A stretch of DNA of 64,000 bases from Chrysomallon squamiferum (Eukaryota; Animalia; Mollusca): assembly GCA_012295275.1 (NCBI GenBank), contig CM022675.1:1364001-1428000 (forward strand), read 5' to 3'. Each line of letters opens with the position of its first letter. Position 1 is the stretch's first letter. Below are positions 46,957-61,280 of this stretch, piece by piece. The notes beneath the pieces are model-generated. The model made no database searches, was not told the DNA's origin, and saw only the letters and a list, made by a program, of their open reading frames with translations. The position numbers and the translations under genes are program-made.

Positions 46957-47887
46957 TAGGATAACTTGAAAAGGCATTAAAAAGTACTTATTTTTGTGGA
47001 GGATTATTATTGTTTGATATGTTATTTTACTCTGTTTAGTGCACATTATCACAATTTATTTAACAGTTACAATTGTTAGCATTTCCATTTTTATTAGTCC
47101 AACGTACTACTAAACAATAAATTCAAAGATATCAAAACTTATTTTTATTCTGTTACATCTGCTGCCACTGCAACCATTACTACTACTACTACTACTTCTG
47201 CAACCACCACTGCTGCTGTAACCACTACTACCCTGTTACTGCTACTACTACTACAGCTATTGTCTACTGAAGTGCAGTATTTGAAGTTACAACTTGTTTT
47301 TAATCCTCTTAGTTTGTTTATCAAGTCAGGGGTGTAGTAAATGGTTTAATCAGCCTGTTTTACGTGTTTGAAGTTTGACGCTGTACACTAATCTCAGTAC
47401 TTGGACATTAGATGATATTTTATGTTCTGGACACGCACACTATGGATTTTGCTAAGTTTATAAAGTTTATACTTGAGATAAAATGAACATGATTCCAAAA
47501 TGGCTAAATTTACATAAAACAGAACTGGAGTGGTGAAACATTAAAAAAAAAGAAAATAATAAAATAAAATAAATAAACTAAACTGGTGGTGTGGGTAAGT
47601 TTAAATTTTAGATATTGTAGGTCATGTTGATGAGGAGAGAGACAGTCCTGTGTTTAGATTCCAGTCACTGGTCAGGCCACTACTAAAACATCAAAAAGAA
47701 AGACACATGACACAGTTAGAAATAGTGTCTTTCAGAGACAGATTTACCTGTCAGATAATGTACACACTGGAAAATTTCATTAGCCAACATTCAGAATGTG
47801 TCTGTATGTTTGCTTTGAAGGTGTTTCATGTAAAATATATATATTTTTTCTCTATTATTTAATTATTATTACTGTTATTGTAGTATA

Positions 47888-47939
<52 letters not shown>

Positions 47940-48566
47940 TGTTATTTTATTATTATTTTATTGTTATTATTGTTGTTGTTAATTATTCATTCAGACATTT
48001 ACCAATAAACAGTAATTTCAAGAATCCGACTTTTAAGTATATTTATTATTTTACATAAAAAGATAACGTACTAATTAATTACATTTTGTTTCCTTATTAA
48101 AATCAACTTAGCACATTTTTAACATACACGTTGCTTCGTAATCTATAAATAGTTTACATCAGTAGAAAGTAAACACCAGTCTATTACAACAGGATAATGG
48201 GATTCCCCTGTTCTATAAATAGTAACCAGCATGAGTGAATCATGAGTGTCACACATTATTTTTATCATTAAAATTTTATTAATGCCCCGTCATTGATGGC
48301 GTAAATGTGATCACGTGATTGCTCCCCAAAATGAGGTTACTGTGAAAAAAAACCCATTTACGAAATGGTAAACAAGCAAACAGATCTTTACAAAACAAAG
48401 CAGGTATGAAACAGGCATTTCTGTTTTTTTCTTTCTTCTTTTTTAAATGCTGTCGATAAATTAAGCTTTGTTTATTATGAAATAAATTAGGTAACAGGAA
48501 GTATTTATTGGTCATAAAAACATGTCTGTGCAACATCATTTTAGAAAAATAATTAGGCTATTTTTC

Positions 48567-48601
<35 letters not shown>

Positions 48602-48841
48602 ATTATTATTTATTATTTATTATTATTATTTAATGACTTCGGTGAGTTAAATAACAACGAAAAAAGAAAGTAGAAAGAATTTTCATAGTTTAACGATGAA
48701 TCTCTCTCTCCATATCGAACCATTTTTGTAAACTGAAACCAAATAAAGAATAAAGAGTATTTCTTACATCTTGCTGTCCGTTCAGTAACATGTAAAATAT
48801 CAAATGTTGATATAAGTAGATAAGATACATTTCCGCCATTT

Positions 48842-48873
<32 letters not shown>

Positions 48874-50871
48874 CGTGAGCGCGCGCGAACGATTTCCGCC
48901 TTGTGTACGCAATGTTTGGAATGCACATAATTCGGATAATATCCGATTTACAAGTACAATGGACAATATCCGACACATATATTTATAAACATGTATAAAT
49001 CAGACCTAAACCCAACTTGTATGCAAAACGTTTTCGCAGGTTTTGCCCGAACAGCGTTCAGTGAACTACATTAGAAACATCTGTAGGATGACGATGGTAT
49101 CAGGAGTTAATGATGCTATTCGATTAGAATTTTATAGAATAATTGAAGCCTCTTGTTTGGCACATTAAATTTAACGTAATTCGAAAAGTAACAGTTGTAT
49201 GAACATTGCTGTAAAGAAAGTAGGTTTTGGTTTTACGTATATTTCAATGTCTGCGATTGTCTCTGTAGACTATTAATAGCAACTCATAAAGGGTTTAAGT
49301 GACACGTGCATTGACAAGTCATCAGGGAAACATTCTTGTCCATTGCAAACGGAGAGCCTCGGTCTGGTTATTACATGAATGATATTACCTCATTTAAATT
49401 TTTTTTTTTCGCAGCTGATTTACTCAAAGTGTTTGCCCCAAACCGTGAGCCTCAGAGCGTCCTCGGTTTTGTAGTGTCCTTCCCCTTAGGCTGATTTTAA
49501 TTACATTTACAATTAGAAACGATACTCACAGGTGTAAATAAAACTGCATCACGTAGTATCGTCTGCGCCTACGTGGACTCGGGGACTGGTGTCTGCATAA
49601 ACGAGTTGACTGGCTCCGTTCTGACCACTGTTTGATGTCGTTTCCACAGTCTCAGTCGTGGCGTAGCACTCGTACAGGTTTAGGTGTCCCTGTTTCAGCC
49701 TCGCCAGCTTAAAGTGTCCTCACCGTGTCCCTGTCTCTTCTTGAAACATCCTCAGTGCCGCACTTAGACACAAGCTAGACCAGATACAGCTTAGAGTTTC
49801 ACACTCTGCATGAAGCTTCAAGACTATTCCAGATTGGGTTTTATACTCATTTTTAATATTAATATGTAATCAGTAAGTACATTCATTTAAAAATTATTTG
49901 TATTGTTCACTTTTGATATTAAATAATTAAAAAACACACATATATATATATATATATACGTTTTTTGTGAAAATGGGCTTAGGGCTTTGTATAGCTCACT
50001 GGCTCACCACGTCTGAATCCGACACTGTTCCAACCTCAAGAATTTTGTATCTGCTAATGGCAAAACCCTCTGACGAAATATTCAGTCTTCTGCAACAGCA
50101 TCTCGTAACAGAGTCGTGTGTGTGGAAGAACAGTTTCTGAGGTAGACAGAGCCACCACATCGCAATTACAAGTGTTCTTAAATCTCTCTGACCGATCCGG
50201 TCTTTCGTGTTTGTTCAGCTTTATCCGGATTTTCGGTCACTGAGATTATCTGACTGTTGTTATGAACAATGTCAGTCAGTGTTTGATTTTATGCCAAATT
50301 CAGAGGAACTGTACTTGTGTTTCATTTCTGGATGCTGCTCAGCAGATCTGAAGAACTTGTCCTCATAATTCGTCGGAGTTTACCAGCGCCCGACTTTCCT
50401 CGTGGTAGAGTTGTGAATGCTCACTGAAGAAATCTCCTTGCCGAAACTGCCATTACTAGTACATTACTAAGCAGAGACTCGGCTGATTCGTATCATTTCC
50501 AAATCTGTGATCAACTTGTACCGATCCAGACTTATCCGATAGAGACAGTTGTATTTTACTGGTAATACACTGGATGAGGTTTATGTATGTGTATGTATGT
50601 ATATATTAATGTATGTATGTATGTATAAATGTATGTATGTATGTGTGTATGAATGTATGCACACTCACAATTACATGTTGCATGTTTTCGGTTAGCAAAG
50701 TGGTAAGAACCAGTTAATACTTATGGTCGGCTTATTATCGATTCCTGTCCGATGATCAGTTAAACAAACTTTACATTCTGTGAATTATCAAACTAATTTA
50801 GTATCTAGTTTTATGTCTGGCGCACAGACACACAGAGAGATAGATAGAGGGAGAGACAATGTGAGAGTCAG

Positions 50872-50955
<84 letters not shown>

Positions 50956-51103
50956 TACACCTTTTGTTAACCAAATGTGTAATAATACCAGTTTCTTCAC
51001 TTTATTTAAACAGATGAGGGCGTGATAAAAAGTATGACGTCATAGCAGAGGACTGTTGGATTAACACTGACGTCACAGTATGCATGGAAGTAAAATATGC
51101 AGT

Positions 51104-51316
51104 ATGTTGCCAAGGACACAGTTGATTGCTGAAATTCAGATCTGCTGTCTGTTCTGTGTCGTGTTTTCTCATCCGGCAAATAACGTCACCGCACTAATTC
51201 TACAGCAGAACAACGCCAGTCTCAGCTCACGTGACATCACGTCAACACCGTTCATACCACAGGTCAGTGACTGATGAGAATTTACTTTGGTCTTAAAGAA
51301 CTAAAATCCATCAATA

Positions 51317-51347
<31 letters not shown>

Positions 51348-51483
51348 AGAATTAAAGAAATAAACAATAATAAAAATAAAATTGAAATAGAACAACAATT
51401 ACAAAACATAAAGGGGTAATAATAATAATAAATATAAAGACGAGCCCAGTAAATTGGCCAAATTTATAAATACGGACAACTTA

Positions 51484-51571
<88 letters not shown>

Positions 51572-51856
51572 ATATATATATATATATATATATAACATTT
51601 TTCAGAATTCGACACTAAGCGTCAGTGTTGGAAGCTATGGAGAAAACAATAAAGGTAAGTTTCACGGTCTGACTGCATCAACATCTGTGTCTGCTACTGA
51701 TGTTAATGTAATCGCATCGTCATGATCATTATTATTATTACTATTATCAGCATCATAATCATCATCATTATTATTAACATCATCATCATTATTACTATTA
51801 CTATTATTATTATTATTATTATTACTATTATTATTAGTTATTATTATTACTATTAC

Positions 51857-51892
<36 letters not shown>

Positions 51893-52141
51893 TACTATTG
51901 CTATTATTATTATTATTATTACTATGATTATTATTATTACTACTACTACTACTACTACTACTACTGTTACTATTACTGTTATATTTCAGACAATTCAGTG
52001 TTGAACTGGACAGCTGGAGAGATCGCTCTGCGTGTTGGGGTGATCGTGGTTATAATAGTTGGACTCGTTGCTGTGATCAAACTTACCTTTAGTCATTCAT
52101 CAGCGCTGTTCCACGAAAGACGAACTTTACTCTCACGTTAA
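51104..52141 (+). CDS. Small single-pass type I membrane glycoprotein (~119 aa), uncharacterised
   Basis: Exons 51104-51262 (alternative ATG at 51080), 51606-51654, 51990-52141, phase-consistent. Signal-like MLPRTQLIAEIQICCLFCVVFS, sequons NVT/NAS/NST/NWT, TM IALRVGVIVVIIVGLVAVI; AATAAA near 52353. Confidence 0.75.
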
Positions 52142-52790
52142 CGCCATCTGAGACGACGTCATTATGATGACGTTACCAGCAGGAGATGATGTCATAGCTA
52201 CTCTGATGTTATCAGTGCTATGACGTCATCAGGACTACACTAGAATCTTATACTGTGATAAAACGTAAATCTTCCTCTGTCTCGTATTATGACGTCACTA
52301 ACACTTTTACGTCATAAATATTCTGACATCACAATTACTATGCGGTGTGTAAAATAAATTAAGATTGATAATCATTCTAAAGTCAGGATTGTTACAGGGT
52401 CGTCTGCAGCATGACGTTAGTTGAACAATGACGTCATCAGTACGTGTTGTAAACGGAGCGGTGACGTGATCATCACGAAATGCTATTTCGCAAGATTAAT
52501 ACCGATAACCGCCTGCTGCTTGTATTTGAGTGGAACATTCCACGTCGTTTGTATCATTATCAAATCTGTACCCATTTCTGATATTATCTGTAATTATTTA
52601 CAAATGTTTATTCTAACTGAATAGCTTCATAATCAAATTGTATTATTACATAATCACTTTTACACTGATTTTATTAAAAAGTGACAATCTGGATCTTTTG
52701 TTTCACTTCACTGTTGTTGTATGGAAACGTAAAAGATAGGGTTAGAGAGAACTTGCATATTAGAACTCAGAACAAAAGAGCGATGGAAAA

Positions 52791-52898
<108 letters not shown>

Positions 52899-53242
52899 CG
52901 TTTATCATTAACTGTTCAGTTTTAAGTACACGTACCTGATACCCTTTCCTTCTAAACACAAAGTTTCTAACCACTGGAAGGTGGTTTAATAATCATAGTG
53001 TTAATCTTAATATTTCTGATAATCTCTCTCTTTTTGTTATTACGTCATAGACAATTTCAAGACGTCATAATTAACCTTAGCGAAGAACATCTGAATGTTT
53101 CGCCATAGAAACCAAAGTATTCCATAAAATAATAATATTAAGAAGACGAAGAACAACAACAACAAAAAGAAGACATATTTTGACATATATTTTTAAAACA
53201 GTTTTATTTTGTATGTCAAACATCGAGTATTTAGTGATCGTG

Positions 53243-53542
53243 TTAATTTTGTGTCACGTTGCCATATTCTCGCTTTCCTCTCCAAGGTCCAAAGGCTTTG
53301 GTAAACGTCGCCTGTTTCGTTTTCAGTCGTCTGACTCCGCCGGCTGCTTTGTCGGGTAATTTCTTCAGTAATTCGCTGTCAAGAAAGTCAGTTATTTTCT
53401 CCATTTTTCGTTTTTCCTCGAGTTCCCTCATGACGTCGCGACTGTACTTGAACCAGTGGGACGAGTCTGGCACGAGAAAGAAGGCGCAGACCCCTGGAAT
53501 AGCGAGAAGTACCACAACCGCCGCCTTTAACGTGCAAAACAT
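53243..53542 (-). CDS. Neuropeptide precursor (99 aa) with one predicted amidated peptide ending AFGPWR-amide (kinin-like FxxWx-amide)
   Basis: Single coding exon after the acceptor ttcattctag (~53561). Signal peptide MFCTLKAAVVVLLAIPGVCA; dibasic sites KR, KK, RR; ...RR-LKTKQATFTKAFGPWR-G-KR; AATAAA near 53203. Confidence 0.8.
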   Translation of the reverse strand: MFCTLKAAVVVLLAIPGVCAFFLVPDSSHWFKYSRDVMRELEEKRKMEKITDFLDSELLKKLPDKAAGGVRRLKTKQATFTKAFGPWRGKREYGNVTQN

Positions 53543-53764
53543 TACTGCTTCAGACTGAGTCTAGAATGAAAGAAGAGTAAACGAAGATGATGATGATGAT
53601 GATGATGATAATAATAATAATAAGGATAAAGAGAAAAAATAGAGGGGTGCATACATACATTAATATATAGATACATACATACATACATACATACATACAT
53701 ACATACATACAGACGTATATAGTTCCACGTAACTATATGTTTATTTACTAGCAGTGGCGGCGGT

Positions 53765-54262
53765 GGTAATGGTAGTAACAATAGTTGTAGCAGCAGCAGC
53801 AGTAGTAGTAGTAGTAGTGGTAGTAGTAACAATAGTTGTAGCAGCAGCAGTAGTAGTAGTAGTGGTAGTAGTAACAATAGTTGTAATAGCAGCAGTAGCA
53901 GTAGTAGTAGTGGTAGTAGTAACAATAGTTGTAGCAGCAGCAGCAGCAGTAGTAGTAGTAGTGGTAGTAGTAACAATAGTTGTAGCAGCAGCAGTAGTAG
54001 TAGTAGTAGTGGTAGTAGTAACAATAGTTGTAGCAGCAGTAGTAGTAGTGGTAGTAGTAACAATAGTTGTAGCAGCAGCAGCAGCAGTAGTAGTAGTGGT
54101 AGTAGCAACAATAGTTGTAGCAGCAGCAGTAGTAGTAGTAGTAGTGGTAGTAGTAACAATAGTTGTAGCAGCAGCAGCAGTAGTAGTAGTAGTAGTAGTA
54201 GTGGTAATAGTAACAATAGTTGTAGCAGCAGCAGTAGTAGTAGTAGTAGTTGCAGAAACAGC
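53765..54262. repeat. Compound (GTA/GCA) minisatellite, ~42-45-bp unit
   Basis: gtagtaacaatagttgtagcagcagcagtagtagtagtagtg repeated about 11 times. Confidence 0.9.
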
Positions 54263-54588
54263 AAAGTAGTAGTGATACTAGTCATGTGGTTTATAATAGT
54301 TGAAGTTTCAAGTCACATGGTGTCTTAATAAATATATTGTAATTTTAACAGTCTTGTGGTTTTGAAATAATTGTGTTGCAGGTTCAGTACTAAAAGTGGT
54401 ATTATAATAGTTGTATTGTAGTTTTAATAGTAACAGTGGTATTTGTTGCAGTGAAACAAGGTATGGTAATAAATATAATAATTATACCGTGTTAATATAG
54501 TAGCTACAGCAGCATTACTAGTATTTATTACTGCTACTATTGCTACTACTGTCTATGCTATTGTTATTGTTTGTTGTTATTATTATTA

Positions 54589-54656
<68 letters not shown>

Positions 54657-55286
54657 GTGTAGATTATAAATAATTCCATAGTGGAGGTTAAAGCGATTTG
54701 TGTCTTACTAAAGAAACAGAAAAACACAAAAATGTAACTATCGAATCTAAGGAGACAATGTAAGAACCATGGAGACAAAGAGAAATCAGTCAGTAAAACA
54801 TCGAGAGACTCTTACAGCTAGATTGTCGTAGGAGGTTTTTCAGAACGCGAGTCTCAATTACCGGAGGAAGTCGGAAAGTCGTATTTCAGAGAAGCAGCTG
54901 AAGACTGCCACTTTGAGCACTGACTGAATAATAAGTGTTTTCTCATTCTTACTTAGCCAGACTAATTAGCAGAAACAACCGTAAAAACAGATAATACACA
55001 CATAAACAACCACACACACACACACAAACACACACACACAAACATACTGAAACACACTTAGACACTAACACACAAACACATAAAACACTCACGCACAGAT
55101 AAAAACACGCACAGAAAAAAGACACACAAACACCTCTACACCCACTGAAACACCTTGACACACTCACAAAAACACACACACGCTGAAACAGACATAGACA
55201 CAGAAAGACACCGACACACAAACATACATCCAAAGACATACATAAACAGACAAACATATACATATATATATATACAGTCAGACCCT

Positions 55287-55343
<57 letters not shown>

Positions 55344-55706
55344 GGGGACTAACAAACAAGTAGCATGTAGGATACATTATTAGTATCACCAATAGAAGTA
55401 TGTTTGATACATTACAGATCACCAATTATTATGTATTAGTATTATCAATAGTAGTATGTACAGATACATTATCAGTATTACCAATAGTAGTATGTACAGA
55501 TACATTATCAGTATCACCAATAGAAATATGTACAGGATACATTAGTAGTATCACCAGTAGTAGTACGTACAGATATATTATCATTATCACCAATAATAAA
55601 TGTATGCATAGGATACATTATCTCTATGACTAATAACAGTGGCATATATAGGATACATTATTAGTATCACCAGAATTATGATAATATATAAAACGAGGGT
55701 GTATAG

Positions 55707-56190
55707 CATATAATTATATCTGTGGATGTATAAGTGTAATTATATCTGTGGATGTATAAGTGTAATTATATATGTGGATGTATAAGTGTAACAATATCTG
55801 TGGATGTATAATTATATATGTGGATGTATACGTGTAATTATATCTGTGGATGTATAAGTATAATTATATCTGTGGATGTGTAAGTATAATTATATCTGTG
55901 GATGTATAAGTATAATTATATCTGTGGATGTATAAGTATAATTATATCTGTGGATGTATAAGTATAATTATATCTGTGGATGTGTAAGTATAATTATATC
56001 TGTGGATGTATAAGTATAATTATATCTGTGGATGTATAATATAATTATATCTGTGGATGTATAAGTATAATTATATATGTGGATGTATAAGTATAATTAT
56101 ATATGTGGATGTATAAGTATAATTATATATGTGGATGTATAAGTATAATTATATCTGTGGATGTATAAGTATAATTATATCTGTGGATGC
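55707..56190. repeat. 26-bp minisatellite (~18 copies)
   Basis: tataattatatctgtggatgtataag repeated. Confidence 0.95.
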
Positions 56191-56814
56191 CTTTCTAATT
56201 TTCAAAATGTCTAAAATTTACGTAGAAGCACTTCTCAGCTGTCCATCACAGACTGAAATTAGTACTGCCTCTGTAGACGTGTCCAGATGAATATTAATTA
56301 AGTAACTCTACAAGTATCTTTTTACAACTGCAGAACTTCCTAATGAAGCAGGTTCTTAGAAGTAAGTAAAGAACATAAATTATATTTTCATACATTTATC
56401 GTTTATCTCTATGAGTAATTTCTTTAGTCGTGTTTTTGTGTACGTAATTTAATTCGCAAAGATATATTTGTTGCTAATTCCGTTGCTCTGGTTATGACAG
56501 TTCTGTTCTGCCATTTTGTCTGCAGACGATTTCTGTTCAGCTGTTTGATTAATGTTTCTGTTTTGTTCTCTGTTAAATCATCAGTGTAATATTGGTGTAA
56601 TTATAATTGTACAGTGTGTCATTAAGTCTGAAATTCTGTCAGGTTCTTAAGAATTTATTTTATTTTAAAACTAGATGAGGTGAAGATCTACCAAAAACGT
56701 AGGCATATCAAATCAAAATAAATAAATAAATAAATAAATCCATCGTTAAAACTTTTATATAATATTAATTTTCAAATTAATTTAACAATTTAACTAATGG
56801 AGTATATTCTATGC

Positions 56815-57550
56815 TATTACCTTATGACCACCTTTTTATAGCCTTATTACTACCCTCTTATAACCTCATTACTACCTTTTTATAACATTATTACAAACCT
56901 CTTAGAACCTCATTAATACCACTTTTATAACATTATTTCTACCCTCTTAAAACCTTATTACTACCTTTTTTATAACATTATTTCTATCTTTTCATAACAT
57001 TATTACAAACTCTTATAACCTAATTATTACCTTTTTATAACATTACTTTTACCCTCTTAAAACCTGATTACTATTTTTTTCATTACATTATTAGTACCTT
57101 TTTATAACATCGTTACTATTTTTTTATATCTTTTTTCTACCCTCTTATAACCTCATTAATACCTTTTTTATTTCACATTATTACTACCTTTTTATAACAT
57201 CGTTACTATCTTTTGATATCATTATTACTACCCTCTTATAACCTCATTAATATCTTTTTTATTTCATTATTACTACCTTTTTATATCGTTTTCTAACGTT
57301 ATTACCAACTTTTTATAACCTTATTAATACATATTTGTAACATTATTACTATCTATAACTTTATTTCTGTTTTTATAACTTTAGTATATTATTTTTTTAT
57401 AACTTTAACCACTTTTTACTACCTAATACTACCTTTTTATAACCTTACTACTACCTTTTTATAAAGCTATTACTACTTTTTAAACTTTATTACAACCTCT
57501 TAATAATGTTGTTACTAATTTTTATAACCTTATTACTACCTTTCTGTTAT
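56815..57550. repeat. Degenerate ~22-bp AT-rich minisatellite
   Basis: ccttattactacctttttataa-like units. Confidence 0.8.
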
Positions 57551-57669
57551 TTTATTATTAGATTCCTATAATGTTTTTGATAAGTTTGGTTATGTTTTTG
57601 TCACATCATTAAAATAACGTAACTTCAACTTTTACTTGATTAACAACATTCATAGTTAGAAACCGAACT

Positions 57670-57722
<53 letters not shown>

Positions 57723-57774
57723 AATAATAATAATAATAATAACTATTATGATATAAAATGTACAAAAAATTACT

Positions 57775-57972
57775 TACTTCTCTATAGAGAATGTTTTCTT
57801 TGGTACGTTTGTCTTCTATCAAATGTTTGCCAAAGATACTACTGACGTCTGCGTTTAATGTAATTCCACCGTGTAACAGAAAGCACCGCACACTCTCTTC
57901 CTATGTCGTCTGTTTTATGTTGTGTGGTGGGTGTGTTGTGTAGGCAGCTATTTAAAACATGTCACGTGACTA
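57775..57972 (-). promoter_or_regulatory. Candidate promoter and first non-coding exon of the neuropeptide gene
   Basis: On the minus strand: GTCACGTGAC palindrome (57961-57970), then TTTAAATAG TATA-like box (~57947-57955), then donor GAA|gtaagt (~57777). A further candidate UTR exon lies at ~54816-54923. Confidence 0.4.
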
Positions 57973-58493
57973 CTGCTGGCGACAGCTGCTTGAACTTCAT
58001 CAGCACTTGTTTTACGACGATCAGAAAACAATTTATGTCTTTCTTTTATCGCCTGTAATTGCTTCCTGATGTTATTTCAGTTTTCTCTCTCTAGGACATA
58101 AACAAATTAAAAAGAAAACGATTTAAATGAGATATATTTTAGGACGTTACTTTCTTTTGCAAAACAATTTCGTTCTTCTTGTTTAGAAATGTGTTTTGTT
58201 TTTCCTTCATTAGACAAACTGATAACTAGAAACACTAAGCTAATTATTTCAAATTACTTTCACAAAGAAAGTTCACGCAACTCTATTATTCTTTAGCAAA
58301 TCAATTTATATATTATTGCTTTTGTTATTCGTCATCATCATTGTTATTGTAAATATTTGTGTTGTTGTTGTTGTTGGTATTTTCATTTTTATTTAACACT
58401 TCAATAAATATGTCGATATAAGAATTTTATATATATATATACATAAAAATAATATTATTATTTTTATATCTGTTTCTTATGTTCAGGCCTGAT

Positions 58494-58528
<35 letters not shown>

Positions 58529-58571
58529 AAACTCAAAAAAGCAGTCATAGAATTCAAATGCATGTTAAACA

Positions 58572-58603
<32 letters not shown>

Positions 58604-58746
58604 CAAACAAATAAACAAAACAAACAAACAACCCCCAAAACAACGAAACGAACGACAACAACTACAACAGAAAGAACCATAAAATCAAAACAGTCAACAA
58701 CAAAAAGGACAGTGACAACAGAATAACACACTGACATACATATACA

Positions 58747-59813
<1,067 letters not shown>

Positions 59814-60320
59814 ATAACAAGTTTGTTAAAACTCCCACACAAGATTTGAAAACCTTTCCACAGCTGGGTTTTTATTTATTTATTTGTTTGTTTGTTTGTT
59901 TGTTTATTAAATGTTTATTTAATTATTGGTTTTTGTTTCTTTTTGTTTATTTGTACATTTCTCAACAAAAATATCAATACTAATGGCAGCAAGACAATGC
60001 AGACGTAGCTTCCTTAATAAAGACTACTGTTAATCATCGCTACATGATGATAATATTTGTTACACATCACTTGACGAAAATGGAAGCGATTATTGACGTG
60101 TTTCCGTGTCTTATGACGTAAGTTTGTGTAATGACACCTGCGAAATTTTAATAAATAAAATAGTATAACTTTTATTATTGATGTTATTTGTGCAAACCGA
60201 TAGCTTGTCAAATCTCTTCACAATGCGTTTCACTTTCAGGAACTTGACGGTAAATTTAAATTTGAAAATACACAAGACCGCCGAAATTAATCTATTTTGT
60301 TTCTCTCATAATTGACATAG

Positions 60321-60641
60321 TACATGTACCGGACTAATTATCCGGCGTCCTGAAATCCGGAAAGACAAGAAAACCGGAAGCTTTTTTCCGACGCTATTTT
60401 CAGTCCTCACCAGACCGGAACTACTCTTTCAAGCCGCGTGGCGTTCATTCACTCGCCGCATTGTTTACGTGTCGAGTCGCCACAGTTGTGTATTGCCAAT
60501 TTTCTTTATGTTTTTAATTTTAAAATGTTTATGCTTAATTATTTACGTATTTAGATGCCTTGGTACCAGAAAACCGGAAAATCCAGAAATCCGGAATAAC
60601 TCAGGCCCCAAGGAGTCCGGATAATTGGTCCGATACCTGTA
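60321..60641. mobile_element. MITE, Tc1/mariner-pogo-type ends
   Basis: 25-bp inverted ends TACATGTACCGGACTAATTATCCGG / CCGGATAATTGGTCCGATACCTGTA (3 mismatches) including TA flanks; internal subterminal aaa(t)ccgga motifs. Confidence 0.85.
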
Positions 60642-60929
60642 TTATTTGTACCGGGGGGTAAACATAGATATTACATACAAAACAGAGCATAAATAATGTT
60701 TCTTCAGATTAAAAAAACCAGAATGTTATTATTTCGATATATTTCTTAAACGGTTCCCTATATTTTTATATATCAATAATATTACAAATATTTATCATAC
60801 TATAGCGCAAATTACCATTACATATCAAGCCCCGGTTGTATATTTATTTATTTGTATATAGAGAGTTTACATGGAATGGAATTAAGCTGGTGTATTTTAA
60901 TTATAATTTATGTTTGTGTATGTCTGTAA

Positions 60930-61280
60930 GCACCCACAAACACACACACCCACTCACACCCACTCACACCCACACCCACACACACACAAATAGACACATC
61001 CACTCACACCCACACACACACGCACACAAATAGACACAAACACACACACACGCCACTCAGAGCCACAACCCCCACACACACTCACCCACACACACACGCA
61101 CACAAATAGACACATCCACTCACACCCGCACACACACGCACACTCAGAGCCACTCAACCCCACTCACACCCACACACCCCACATACACACGCACACAAAT
61201 AGACACACCCACTCACACCCGCACACACACGCACACTCAGAGCCACTCAACCCCACTCACACCCACACACTCACGCACAT
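60930..61280. repeat. CA-rich degenerate tandem repeat
   Basis: cacacaaatagacac / cactcagagccac units. Confidence 0.75.

Noticed and set aside
49725-49770. SAALRMFQEETG as a Nudix box
   Set aside because: Lacks the upstream Gx5E and the RE core, and is followed immediately by a stop.
50688-50760. tRNA-like A/B boxes (gttagcaaagtggtaa...atcgattcc)
   Set aside because: No cloverleaf can be formed; at most a very decayed SINE head.
53259-53558. 99-aa plus-strand ORF opposite the neuropeptide precursor
   Set aside because: Non-ATG start and no motifs; antisense shadow.
53542-54285. 247-aa poly-Leu ORF and the antisense poly-Val ORF
   Set aside because: Translations of a GTA/GCA minisatellite in the intron upstream of the neuropeptide coding exon.
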